Below are positions 40,796-51,755 of a stretch of 64,000 nt of DNA, in pieces; the first letter of the stretch is position 1, and each line of letters opens with the position of its first letter. Source of the DNA: Nitrospirota bacterium (GTDB taxonomy: Bacteria; Nitrospirota; JACRHJ01); assembly GCA_963733375.1 (NCBI GenBank), contig CAVTDB010000009.1, positions 64,001 to 128,000 on the forward strand, read 5' to 3'. Under the pieces are notes generated by a model that saw nothing but the letters and a program-made list of their open reading frames with translations, had not been told where the DNA came from and did not search any database. The position numbers were made by a program, and so were the translations under genes.

Positions 40796-41248
40796 CTATA
40801 CCGAAAGCGCAGATTTTTCTATCTCTGATATTTTGTCCAGCCTCTTCTGGTGTCTCCCGCCTTCAAAGGGCGTGGAGAGCCATATGTTGACGATATCCAG
40901 GGCGACCTCACGGCCCGTGACCCTGCCGCCGACTACCAGTATGTTGGCGTCGTTATGGAGGCGGGACATCCTCGCGGTGAAGGCGTCGTGGCAGAGCGCG
41001 GCGCGGATGCCGGGGAATTTATTGGCTACTATGGACATCCCTATCCCCGTGCCGCAGATTAATATGCCGCGGTCGACCTCTCCGGCGGATACCGCGCGCG
41101 CCACCTTCGCGCCGTAATCAGGATAGTCCACCGAGCAGGAATCACCCGTCCCCATGTCCACGACTTCCGCGCCGGAAGAATTAAGGAGCGCGTGAATTTG
41201 CTCTTTCAGCTCCAGCCCCCCGTGGTCGCAGCCTACGGCAACCTTCAA
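40796..41248 (-). CDS. rpiB: Ribose-5-phosphate isomerase B
   Basis: [31 protein letters not shown]. Confidence 0.95.
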   Translation of the reverse strand: MKVAVGCDHGGLELKEQIHALLNSSGAEVVDMGTGDSCSVDYPDYGAKVARAVSAGEVDRGILICGTGIGMSIVANKFPGIRAALCHDAFTARMSRLHNDANILVVGGRVTGREVALDIVNIWLSTPFEGGRHQKRLDKISEIEKSALSV

Positions 41249-41450
41249 AACGTACCTCCAAGCCTTAAATATCATAAAAAAAGAACAGCCAGGCCTGCAA
41301 AAAGACGGCCCTCACCAGGCCCCCCCTGCCGGCTTGTATTTAAAAGGTATAGTATATTAACGTCCGGGGGAAATGCTGTCAAGAAGAAAAGCCTCAAAAG
41401 ACCCTAAAACTGTTGACAAACAAGGGACGCTGTGCGAATATTTGACGCTT

Positions 41451-42374
41451 ATGAAAATAATCCGGGGCCTTGGGGACATACCGAAGAGAGGACTTATTAA
41501 CCCGGTCCTTACTTTGGGCAATTTCGACGGAGTTCACCTGGGGCACCAGGCGATATTCAAACAGGTCGTGGCGTGGGCGCTGAACATCGGCGGCTCCTCC
41601 GTCGTATTTACCTTCGAACCGCACCCCCTGAAGGTCCTTGCCCCGAACCGCTCGCCCAAGCTTTTGTCCACTTTCCGTGAGAAGATGGAGCAGATAGAGG
41701 CGGCGGGGATGGACGCGGTAATCTGCGCCAGGTTCACTCCGGAGTTCGCCTCGCAGAACCCCGAAGATTTCGTGCGCGAGGTTTTAGTAGATAAAATAGG
41801 CGCCAAGGCGATATTCATCGGCCACGACTACGCCTTCGGAAAGAACAGGGAGGGCGACATACCGTTTTTGCGGGCCGCCGGGGCGCGTTACGGCTTTGAG
41901 GTCCATGTCGTAGACCCGGTCAAGGTGGAGGGGATAACCGTATCCTCCACCAAAATAAGAAAACTCATCATGGACGGCGAAGTCTGCCTTGCCTCGAAGC
42001 TCCTGGGAAGGCCATATTCCATAGAAGGGACCGTCATCCCCGGACATTCAAGAGGCAGGGAAATAGGTTTCCCCACGGCCAATATCACCACCCCCAACGA
42101 GCTGCCCCCGAAGGAAGGGGTCTATGCGGTGACCGTCGAGGTGGAGGGAAAACTCTATAAAGGCGCGGCGAATATCGGAGCCAACCCGACCTTCGGGGAC
42201 GAAACTCCCTCTTATGAAACCCATATATTCGATTTTTCAGAGGACCTGTACGGCAAGTTCCTGAAGATGAAGTTCATCAAGCGGGTCCGGGACGAGGTGA
42301 AGTTCAAGTCCGTGGAGGAACTCGTCGAGAGAATAAAAAAAGACGTGGAGATTGTCCGGTCAGTGCTTGAATAG
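41451..42374 (+). CDS. ribF: Bifunctional riboflavin kinase/FAD synthetase
   Basis: GNFDGVHLGHQ, VSSTKIR, GFPTAN, ETHIFDF. Confidence 0.96.
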   Translation: MKIIRGLGDIPKRGLINPVLTLGNFDGVHLGHQAIFKQVVAWALNIGGSSVVFTFEPHPLKVLAPNRSPKLLSTFREKMEQIEAAGMDAVICARFTPEFASQNPEDFVREVLVDKIGAKAIFIGHDYAFGKNREGDIPFLRAAGARYGFEVHVVDPVKVEGITVSSTKIRKLIMDGEVCLASKLLGRPYSIEGTVIPGHSRGREIGFPTANITTPNELPPKEGVYAVTVEVEGKLYKGAANIGANPTFGDETPSYETHIFDFSEDLYGKFLKMKFIKRVRDEVKFKSVEELVERIKKDVEIVRSVLE

Positions 42375-42390
42375 CGGGAAGGGAGCTTAG

Positions 42391-43405
42391 GTGCGCCTGA
42401 AGTTCTGGATCGGGATATTAATAAGCGCCGGGCTTCTGGCTTTGATGTTCTGGTGGATAGGGTTCGATTTCCGCCGGCTCTGGGACGCCATGCGCGGTAT
42501 CGAGCCGTGGCACCTTGCGGCCGCGACGGTTTTGAACCTGCTGTTCTTTGTCGTCAGGGCCGTCAGGTGGCGCTATCTGATGGACCCGGTAAAAGAACGG
42601 GTAAAAATCTCTCACCTCTACTCGGCCACCATGGTCGGCTTCATGGCGAATAACCTCCTTCCCGCGAGGCTGGGGGAAATAGTAAGGGCATACGTCATAG
42701 GCAGGCGGGAGGATATACCGAAAAGCTCCGCCTTCGCCACTATAGTCGTGGAGAGGGTCTTCGACAGCCTTTGCGTCTTCCTGCTCCTCATAACGGTGCT
42801 GGCCTTCATGCCGGAATCTATTTCCGGGGGTCATTTAGCCGCCACGATACGAAGGACGAGGACAATTTCCCTGGCTGGCGGCGTAGTCCTTTCGTCATTC
42901 ATCGGGGTTTTGATATACAAGCAGGAAGCCTGGAATCAAAATCGCCGGCTCTTTTTTCAGGCCCATATCTCCCAAACTGGCTGACGGTGCGGTGGGGCTT
43001 CTGAACAAATTCGTCTCGGGCCTGAGCGTGATAAAAAAGCCCCGCCTTCTGGCGCCCATCATCTTTTACTCCGCCATCCACTGGGGGTTTCTGTGGGTTC
43101 CTATTTATATAGTCTTCAAAGGCTACGGCCTGAACCTGGGAGTTTACGCCGCCGCATTCATTTTTGTCGTCATAGCGTTCGCCGTGGCCCTGCCGTCCAC
43201 TCCGGGATATATAGGTACTTTTCATGCGGCAGTCGCGGCGGCTTTAATGGTATTTGGAATACATAAGGAACAGGCATTGGCCCTGGCCATCGTCTTGTGG
43301 GCGATTGGTTATTTTCCGGTCACCATCATAGGGCTGTACTGCCTTTCCAGGGAGAACCTCACATTTTCAAGTATTAAGGCCGTCGAAGAAGGTGCAATGA
43401 AATGA
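42391..43405 (+). CDS. Lysylphosphatidylglycerol synthase TM / UPF0104 flippase-like protein (frameshifted)
   Basis: RAVRW, NNLLPARLGE..RA, VERVFD, LPSTPGYIGTFH. Confidence 0.85.
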
Positions 43406-45591
43406 TAGCGGTATTCATATTCTTCGTGTCCATGCTGGTCTATCTGATGACCATCGCGCCGACGCTTTCCTTCTTCGACAGCGGCGAGATGATCGCCGGG
43501 GCGTACACCCTGGGCGTCGCCCACCCGCCGGGCTACCCGGTTTACGTCACTTTAGGGAAGCTCTTCACATATCTGCCCTTCGGAAACGTGGCGTTCCGGG
43601 TAAACCTGATGTCGTCGTTTTTCGCGGCCATGACCTCGGTGATGATCTACTACATCACCCGCGCGATGTTAAACGACAGCGACAACGATAGCTTCGTTTT
43701 ATTCAAGCGGCTGAAATTTTCCGATATCGCCGGCATATTGTCGGCCCTGGCCTTCGCGTTCTCGTACAACCTCTGGGCCTGGGCGGTAGTATCCAAGTTC
43801 TATACCTTAAACGCCTTCGTCGTGGCATGCATCCTGATGCTCCTTATAAGGTGGAGACGCGCCCGCATGGAGGAAGGGAGCAGCGGCGGCAGCCATTCCC
43901 TTGCATACCTCTACACTATCGCGTTCCTTTTTGGAATCGCGGCGGTCGTTCACATATCTCAATTTGTGCTGATACCCGTCTACCTGCTCTATATTCTGAT
44001 AGTTGACGGAAGCGCATTGCTTGGCGTCCCTGAAATAAAAAAATTAATAAAAGAACCTTTAACTTACGTAATCCTTTTCATTTTTATAATCCTGGAACTG
44101 GTTGCTTATTTCAGCCGCAAAACAAGAACCTTCTGATGATAGGCATGGGTTCCTTAGCCCTTATACAGATTCTGGCGTTTGTAGCGTTTTACGAGAGGGA
44201 AAAATTATTAATCCCTGCTTCATTAATTCTTGCTGTAGCAATATCACTTGAAGTCGCTATTTATCATGTCCCTGATGAATTAAATAAAGTACTGATATTA
44301 GGTCCTTTCGCGCTCCTGACGGCATATCTTTTCATAAGGGAGACGATTAAATTTAAAGTAGTGGCGATAATGACCTTCTTCTTCTTGCTGGGGCATTCCA
44401 TCTACATGCACGTGCCTCTCAGGGCGGCGCAGGAGCCGCTGATAAACTGGGGGAGGCTTCCAACTGGACCCAGTTTAAATGGGTCTATAACCGCGAAGGC
44501 TATCCCACGGTCGGCGGCGAAAGAAGCTGGGGCCTCCTCTGGAAGCAGATGCAGAGTTTTAACCTCGTCCGGGAGTTTACCTGGGCCGGCATCCCGATTA
44601 TGCTTTATGGGCTTATGGGGACATTTCAAGAAGGACTGGCGGCATTTTACAATCCTCGTTTTCGGCTCCCTATGCCTGATCGCCGCCATTATCATAGGCG
44701 GGAATCCGCCCGAGGAGAACATATTCCTCCTGCAGCAGTTCTATATACCCGTCTATATCTTCCTGTGCATCATCATGGGCGGGACTATATACGTCGCCCT
44801 GAAGGTCCGGCCAAAAAATATAATAATCGCCACGATCGTACTGCTTGTCGTCATTGCCTATCCCGCCTCCGAGCTGAAGGCGCATTACTGGATGAACAAC
44901 AGGAGCAACAACTTCATCGCGTATGATATGGGCAACGCCGAACTTACCTTCTCACCGCAGTTCGCCGTGCTCTTCACCTGGGGCGATTCCGGCGCGTTCC
45001 CGATGTGGTATCTGCAGGACGTGGAGAAAAAGCGCCCCGACGTCCTGCTCGTGCATACTCCGCACCTGCCCCTTGCATGGTTCCTGAACAGCATAAGCCG
45101 CGAACCCGGCCAGCTTGGGGATATCTCGCAGATAAAAGATTACCGGTGGCTGCGCAACTACAACGGGTTAAAAGGGATTCCGCAGTTTTTGTCCATGCCG
45201 GAGGAACTCCGTGACCCGGCGGCGCTCATAAAGCAGATAACCATCCTGAACCCGGAAAGGCAGTTCTGTTTCGACTACTCCTCCCGCTATTCCGTGGATA
45301 TGCCGTTCGACACGGTCCCGTACGCGATAACCTACCAGAAGTTCCGGAAGGACTTCGTCGATACGAACCAGAGAGAGTGGTCGTACCTGGTCACGCGGGG
45401 GCTCCCGGACCCGACGATATTCCTGGACTCGGACGAGACAAAGGCGGCGTCCATTTACGGCTACGTCCATGCCGACCTGGGAAAGAAATATCTGGAAATG
45501 GGGCGTCCCGCGATAGCGCGGCCGGAGTTTATCCAGGCGGTCCAGTACGCGCCGGAGTTATGGGGGTACCCTGTCCCGTTACATCAAGTAA
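43402..45591 (+). CDS. DUF2723 (TMEM260-like) membrane glycosyltransferase, frameshifted
   Basis: APTLSFFDSGE...LGVAHPPGYP, FRVNLMS, PLINWG, WGDS..FPMWYLQ.VE..RPDV, C-terminal TPR-like helix; true stop probably TAA 45589-45591. Confidence 0.85.
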
Positions 45592-45594
45592 ATC

Positions 45595-45623
45595 TTGACA
45601 ATATTATTTATAAACATTATTAT
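45595..45623 (+). promoter_or_regulatory. Sigma70-type promoter of the ANTAR gene
   Basis: TTGACA-17 nt-TATTAT. Confidence 0.65.
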
Positions 45624-45647
45624 GAGATGTACTTTTTGCAGGTGCAG

Positions 45648-46223
45648 ATGAAGCGAAGTTTTCTTATAATCGGCAGTCCGGCGCGGTGCCGGAAGATTGC
45701 GGGACTGCTGAAAAAAGAAGGGTATACAAAGCTCTTTTCCGCCCATGACTTACCCGGAGCATTGTCGGCCGCATCTGAGACCGAACCCGATGTAGTCGTG
45801 CTGGACGGACAAGGCCTGGCATCGGGAGAGCCGCTCATGATTGTGGACAGGCTCATCTCCGAGCACCCGGCGCCGGTAGTGATGCACTATAATTTTGACC
45901 AGCTTTCCGACGCGGTGCGGGCAGACGGGCTGGGAGTTTCATCCCATTTCTTCGGCCCCTTGACCCGCGAAAACGTGCTTGGCTCAATTGAGCTTGGCAT
46001 ATCGCGTTTCCGGCAGTGCCAGGCCTTAAGGGAAGAGGTCGGGGACTGCAAGGAAGCGCTTCGGGTGCGCAAGATAGTCGAGCGGGCGAAGGGTATCATG
46101 ATGAAGAGGAACTCCTTAAACGAAGAGGAGGCCTTTTTAAGGATACAGAAGCTTTCCAGGGATTCGAATGTCTCCATGGAAAAGATCGCCCAGTCGATAA
46201 TTACGGCGAGCGAAATCATATAG
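45648..46223 (+). CDS. ANTAR-domain RNA-binding antiterminator with degenerate receiver domain (AmiR/NasT-like)
   Basis: RKIVERAKGIMM....EEEAF..IQK.S ANTAR signature; receiver-like N-terminus (PDVVVLD). Confidence 0.88.
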   Translation: MKRSFLIIGSPARCRKIAGLLKKEGYTKLFSAHDLPGALSAASETEPDVVVLDGQGLASGEPLMIVDRLISEHPAPVVMHYNFDQLSDAVRADGLGVSSHFFGPLTRENVLGSIELGISRFRQCQALREEVGDCKEALRVRKIVERAKGIMMKRNSLNEEEAFLRIQKLSRDSNVSMEKIAQSIITASEII

Positions 46224-46230
46224 CTAATAC

Positions 46231-46319
46231 GCCTCTCAAGACGGAGGTACTCGATAGGAAAGGCCGGGAAGCCTTTCTCTTTGGCCCATGAAGGCCCTAG
46301 GGAGAGGCTTTTGTTTTTT
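46231..46319 (+). promoter_or_regulatory. Putative attenuator: two hexaloop hairpins overlapping an intrinsic terminator
   Basis: CTC-AAGACG-GAG; GAAAGGC-CGGGAA-GCCTTTC; terminator AAGCCTTTCTCT...AGGGAGAGGCTT + TTGTTTTTT. Confidence 0.55.
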
Positions 46320-46362
46320 CAGGGATATCTCAAGGTTTTATTCATATGGAAGGAGTATCACG

Positions 46363-46833
46363 ATGTCCGAAGTTGCAAAAATTGCCATAATTGCCTCCAA
46401 GGGAACGCTCGACATGGCGTATCCTCCGCTGATCCTTGCATCCGCGGCGGCGGCCCTCGACATGGAGGCGCAGATATTCTTCACGTTTTACGGGCTGAAT
46501 ATCATCCACAAGCAGAAGATGCACACCATGAAGGTGTTCCCGCACGGCAACGCCGGGATGCCGGGCCTGTTCCAGGGTTTCCTGGGGACCCTGCCGGGCA
46601 TGCCGGCCATGGCCACCATGATGATGAAGGGCATGATGAAGAAGCAGAACGTGATGAGCATACCCAAGCTCATCGAGATATGCCAGATGGCGGAGGTAAG
46701 GATGATCGCGTGTCAGATGACCATCGACCTCTTCGGCATGAAGCAGTCCGATTTCATAGAGGGTACGGAGTTCGGCGGCGCGGCGATGTACCTCGAGTTT
46801 GCGGCAGATTCCCAAATACCGCTTTTTGTGTAG
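46363..46833 (+). CDS. DsrE/DsrF/DrsH-like (DsrE2-type) putative sulfur carrier
   Basis: SKGTLDMAYPPLILASAAAA, FFTFYGL, IACQMTIDLFG, GAAMYL. Confidence 0.88.
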   Translation: MSEVAKIAIIASKGTLDMAYPPLILASAAAALDMEAQIFFTFYGLNIIHKQKMHTMKVFPHGNAGMPGLFQGFLGTLPGMPAMATMMMKGMMKKQNVMSIPKLIEICQMAEVRMIACQMTIDLFGMKQSDFIEGTEFGGAAMYLEFAADSQIPLFV

Positions 46834-46904
46834 ATGGGCCTGAAAAAAACGCGGGAGTAGCCCGCGACATTTTGACGGCCATAACCGAAGGGAGGGCAGG
46901 TTCT

Positions 46905-48145
46905 ATGAGAAAGCTGTTCGTGTTTGCGGCAGTTCTGGCCGTAGTATGTTTAGCGGTCCCCGCTTTCGCCACTAACGGGGACAACATTATCGGGGTGGGC
47001 GCGATATCCCGCTCCATGGGCGGCGTCGGCGCCGCCGCTCCGCAGGACGCCATCTCGGCCGTCTTCGGCAACCCTGCCGCGATGTGCTATATCCCCTGCG
47101 AGTCGTCCGAGGTTGATTTCGCGGCGACCCTTTTCGTGCCAAAAATCAGTGGACGGATACAAACGCTCGGCGCGGGTGATGTTTCGGCGGATAGCCGGGG
47201 CCTGCCTTACGCTTTCCCGGCCATAGGTATTTACACGCCGATTACCCCGGATTTAAGGTTCGGCCTCGCCGCATACGGCGTCAGCGGCCTGGGCGTGGAC
47301 TACAAGGATACCAACTGAAAGGCGCCTTCGGCTTCCCTGCCGGCCGCCCCGGGCCGATATCAAGACGGACCTCCAGATAATGAAGTTCTCGCCCAACCTG
47401 GCATACAGGATACTCCCGAACTTATCCGTCGGCGCGGCGCTTCAGGTAAACTGGGCCCAGCTTGACCTCTCAGAGGGAAGCGCGCACACCTTCAGCTTCG
47501 GCACCCAGGTAGGCGCCATATACAAGCCCATCGACGCGCTTTCCTTAGGCCTCACCTACCAGAGCCCGCAGAACAACAGGTTCAGAAGGGTGTACAACTT
47601 TGACCAGGCCCTGGGCAGCACCACCTTCGATACCCTGAACCTTGAGCAGCCCCAGCAGGTAGTCCTCGGCGTGGCTTACGACATCATACCGAACAAGCTC
47701 CTGGTCGAGGTCAACGAGAAGTGGATTAACTGGAAAGATGCCGACGGCTACAAGGACTTCGACTGGAGAGACCAGTATGTCACCGCGGTGGGCATCCAGG
47801 GCAGGCCGATAGACTGGCTGGCGCTCCGCGTTGGCTATAACTACGGCAAGAGCCCGGTAAGCGGAGCATAACGGCTGGAACCCTGCGGGGCTTTCGTCCG
47901 TCCAGGGCACCCCTGTCCCGACGGCGCAGTTAGAGGCGTTCAGGGTTATCGGCTTCCCTGCCATCGTGGAGCACCACGTGACGGCGGGCGTCGGCGTGAA
48001 CCTGAGCAAGAAGGTTTCCGTCAACCTGGGCTATATGCACGCCTTCGAGAACACCATCAAGGAGACCTCCGCTTTCGACGCGATAACCTACGAGAGCAAG
48101 CTCCACGAAGACTCTTATGAATTAGGTCTTAATATCATGTTCTAA
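46905..48145 (+). CDS. OmpP1/FadL/TodX family outer-membrane transporter (2 frameshifts)
   Basis: Signal peptide-ATNG, SRSMGG, NPAAM, GLGVDY, LRVGYNYG, C-terminal Phe. Confidence 0.85.
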
Positions 48146-48151
48146 AGCATT

Positions 48152-48212
48152 TCATAACGCCCCCTTGTCCCACTCGGGCACCCCTCTGATGGGTCGCATT
48201 AAGAGGGGGGGG
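48152..48212 (+). repeat. TCATAACGCCCCC...TTAAGAGGGGGG palindromic repeat, copy 2
   Basis: Same 5' 14-mer and 3' end as 14326..14366, with internal expansions. Confidence 0.55.
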
Positions 48213-48220
48213 CGCTTTAC

Positions 48221-48250
48221 AGGAGGGGCGAATAACCCCTCCCTTTTTTT
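48221..48250 (+). terminator. Intrinsic terminator after the FadL-like gene
   Basis: GGAGGGG-CGAATAA-CCCCTCC + T tract. Confidence 0.65.
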
Positions 48251-48273
48251 ATGCCTGAAAGCGCCCAAGTTCC

Positions 48274-48302
48274 TTGACAAACCTACCTCTTGCCATTAAA
48301 TT
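48274..48302 (+). promoter_or_regulatory. Putative sigma70 promoter of the nuo operon
   Basis: TTGACA-17 nt-TAAATT. Confidence 0.45.
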
Positions 48303-48335
48303 TTATAGATATATGCATAACTTACGGGGACGGAT

Positions 48336-48765
48336 ATGTTCTTAGCCGCTATTGCCTTCGCGGCCCGGGGAGAGCTTACGGGCGAGAGGCCTGCGGGGCT
48401 ATCCCAGCTTGCGTCGTTGGGGGTTTACGCCCTGATGGTGCTGGTGATACTGGGAGTCCTGATGTTCCTCACCACATGGCTGGGCGGCAGGAGGCCCAGC
48501 CCGGAGAAGGACATGCCCTACGAGTCCGGCGTCATCCCTACGGGGAGCCGCGCGCCTGAGGCTCCCGGTGCAGTTTTACCTGGTCGCCATATTCTTCATC
48601 ATATTCGACCTTGAAGCGGTATTCGTATATTCCTGGGCGGTCGCATTCGACCTCCTGGGCTGGCCGGGCTTCGCCTATATCGGCTTCTTTATCGGCACCC
48701 TGCTCCTTGGCCTCGTTTACGTCTGGAAAAAGAAAGGACTTCAGTGGGGGCCGAAAGGAAAATAA
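48336..48765 (+). CDS. nuoA: NADH-quinone oxidoreductase subunit A (frameshifted)
   Basis: [26 protein letters not shown]. Confidence 0.92.
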
Positions 48766-51274
48766 GGGACGCGTGGAACACAGGCGGCGTGGGCAGCGGG
48801 GGCCTTTCGTCCCGAAGCCGGTCCACCGGCATAGCCGTGGCCTCCATCGAAGACGTCTTAAACTACGGCCTGAACTGGGGCCGGAAGAACAGCCTCTGGC
48901 CCATGTTCTTCGGGCTTTCCTGCTGCTTCGTTGAGTTCGCCAATACCGCCACCCCCCGCTATGACATCGCGCGCTTCGGCGCGGAGGTCCTGCGCGGCTC
49001 GCCCCGCCAGTCGGACGTGATGTTCGTGGCAGGGACCGTATTTAAAAAAATGGCCCCGTCCATACTAAGGCTATACGAGCAGATGGCCGAGCCGCGCTGG
49101 GTAGTCTCGATGGGCTCCTGCTCCAATTCCGGCGGGATGTACGACGTCTACAGCGTGGTCCAGGGGATAAACCAGATACTTCCCGTGGACGCATACATCC
49201 CGGGATGCCCGCCCCGCCCGGAAGAAGTCCTGCAGGCTCTCATCATGCTCCAGGAGAAAATAGCGAGAGAAGAGCGCCCCTTAAGGCCCGTATTTCACAT
49301 GAAAGGCGGGAACCAGGGGACTTCCGGCGCCGCGCTCATCGACGGGGTCACGAAGTCCAGGGACGGCAGAGGCCCCGGATACGAAGGGACGACGCTGCGC
49401 GGGACGGATGTGACCCCGCCAAAGCTCTGGGGGAGCCGCGCGACCCAGATGTGGACGCCGCCCGCCGCGAAAACGCCCCAGCCCGAAAAGATTTCCGCTT
49501 TAGTCGGGACCTTGAAGCAGGAATTCGGCGATGCGGTTACGGAAGACATTTCCGCCGGAGACATGGTAACGGTTAAAATCCCGCCTTCAATTATCCCGGA
49601 CGTGCTGGCCTATCTGAAGAAGAAATCGCCCGTGAAGTTCCAGCGGCTGGAGGATTTAACCGCCGTGGACGAGTCCGCCCGCCGGGACAGGTCAAATTTC
49701 AAGGATTACACACTGGTCCACACGCTGTTCTCCTATGACGTCCCCGGACATATCCGGATAAAATCCGACCTGTCCGGAGAGAGTCCCTCGGTCCCCACCG
49801 TCACCGGCATCTGGCCGTCCGCAAACTGGTACGAGCGGGAGGCGTACGACATGTTCGGGATACGCTTCGACGGCCACCCGTACCTGCGAGCGCATCCTCA
49901 TGCCGGACGACTGGGAGGGCCATCCGCTCAGGAAGTCCCACCCATACCGGGCGACGGAGATGAAGCCGTATACGAGGGACGACGCAGCCAGCCACGAGCC
50001 GCGCGATATTCAGGATTATTTCAGACGGCCCGCCGGCGGCGGGGCGGGCGGGCGGCGGGGCGGGGGGCGCGGGGACAAAAGGGCCGGTGGCATCGGGGCA
50101 AAAGACGACCTGGACGTAGCGTACCTGAACTTCGGCCCGCACCACGTCAGGGACGCATGGGATTATACGATATGTATTGAAGCTCCGGGGCGAGGAGATA
50201 CTGGACATGGCGGTGGACATAGGATACCACCACCGCGCGGCGGAAAAGACGGGAGAGCGGCAGTCCTGGCACCAGTACATCGTCTATACGGACCGGGTTG
50301 AATACTTGATCGGCGCGAACAACAACATGGCCTACCTGGGCGCGGTGGAGAAGCTCCTGGGCGTGAAGGTGCCGGACCGCGCGCAGTACATCCGCGTCAT
50401 GCTCTGCGAGCTTTTCCGTATATCGAGCCATCTCGTATGGCTCGGCACGTTCGCGCAGGATGTCGGCGCAATGGCCCCGGTATTCTATTGCTTCCGGGAC
50501 CGCGAAAAGATAATGGACATCGTGGAGCATATCACCGGCGGCAGGATGCATCCGTCCTGGTTCCGCATAGGCGGGGTCGCGGACGACCTGCCGGATGGCT
50601 GGAAGGTACTCGTCGATGATTTCATCCGCGAGTTTCCATCTAAAATAAACGAGTATTCAAAACTCCTTACCAAGAGCGCGATATTCAAGGCCAGGACAAA
50701 GGGCGTCGGGGGCCTGGACGTGGAACAGGCGATCGACTGGGGGATGACCGGGCCGAACCTTCGGGCTTGCGGCCTGGAATGGGATTTAAGGAAAAAGATG
50801 CCCTATTCCGGCTACGAATCTTTTCAGTTCGATGTCCCCGTCGGCAGTACGGGAGACTGCTACGACCGCTACCTCGTGCGGCTGGAAGAGATGCGGCAGA
50901 GCCTCCGCATAATCGAGCAGGCGGCAAAAGAAATGCCGCCGGGCCGCTGGGTTTCCGAGGACTACCGTTACTGCCTCCCCCAGAAGCGGGACACCTTAAA
51001 CGACATCGAAAGCCTTATACACCATTTCGTGAACGTCACGCGGGGGATAACGCCGCCCAAGGGCGAGGCATATTTCAGCATCGAGTCCCCTAAAGGCGAA
51101 TACGGCTATTACGTCGTCTCGGACGGCCTCAATTATCCATACAGGGTGCGGGTGCGCGCGCCTTCGTTCCCGCACATGCAGATGACGCCGATGCTGTGCC
51201 GCGGCTGGTTCATTTCGGACCTGATAGCGATAGTCGGCGCGCTGGATTACGTCATGGCGGATATAGACAGGTGA
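48744..51274 (+). CDS. nuoBCD: NADH-quinone oxidoreductase fused subunits B/C/D (frameshifted)
   Basis: [15 protein letters not shown] (B) runs in frame into [14 protein letters not shown] (C); [34 protein letters not shown] (D). Confidence 0.88.
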
Positions 51275-51280
51275 TTTTTT

Positions 51281-51747
51281 ATGCTTTCTGAAGAGCGGAT
51301 AAAAGAACTTCGCGAACACGTCTCCTCGCTGGAACATCCGGAGGAGGCGCTGGCGGACCTCATGCACGAGGCCCAGGAAGCCTACGGCTACCTCTCGGAC
51401 GAGGCGGCGGAGACTGTCGCGGATATCGCGGGCGTGCCGGTGATAAAGGTGGACGAGCTTGCGACGTTCTACAACCTTATATTCAGGCGGCCCGTCGGCA
51501 GGAAGGTAATCTTCGTCTGCGACAGCATATCGTGCTGGGTCATGGGGATGGAAAATCTGTTCGACCACTTAAAAAATAGGCTCGGCATCGAACTGGGCGG
51601 CACGACCGGGGACGGGGCATTCACCCTGCTCCCGATATGCTGCCTGGGAGCGTGCCACGTAGCTCCGGCGATGATGGTGGGCGAGACGTTGTACGGAAAC
51701 CTCACGCCGGAAAAATTGACGAAATATTGGAGAGGGAGCGGAAGTAA
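51281..51747 (+). CDS. nuoE: NADH-quinone oxidoreductase subunit E (3' frameshift)
   Basis: ATFY, CDSISC, CLGAC..AP. Confidence 0.93.
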
Positions 51748-51755
51748 CTCCAATT

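Noticed and set aside
41280-41345. Possible riboswitch (ZTP/glycine/THF) upstream of rpiB-glyA
   Set aside because: GC-rich hairpin potential only; none of the conserved aptamer motifs is recognisable.
44136-46223. 695-aa DUF2723-ANTAR fusion in the ORF track
   Set aside because: A one-base shift near 45570 restores a TAA at 45589, and a consensus TTGACA-17-TATTAT promoter plus an ATG lie between the two parts, so these are two genes.
46281-47318. 345-aa ORF overlapping dsrE
   Set aside because: Its N-terminal part is a shadow frame of dsrE; only the part from ATG 46905 is the FadL-like protein.
47310-47325. In-frame TGA/TAA in the FadL-like gene, DUF2723 (44134) and nuoG (54078) as selenocysteine or stop recoding
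   Set aside because: Homologous sequence resumes in a different frame each time, which indicates indels rather than read-through.
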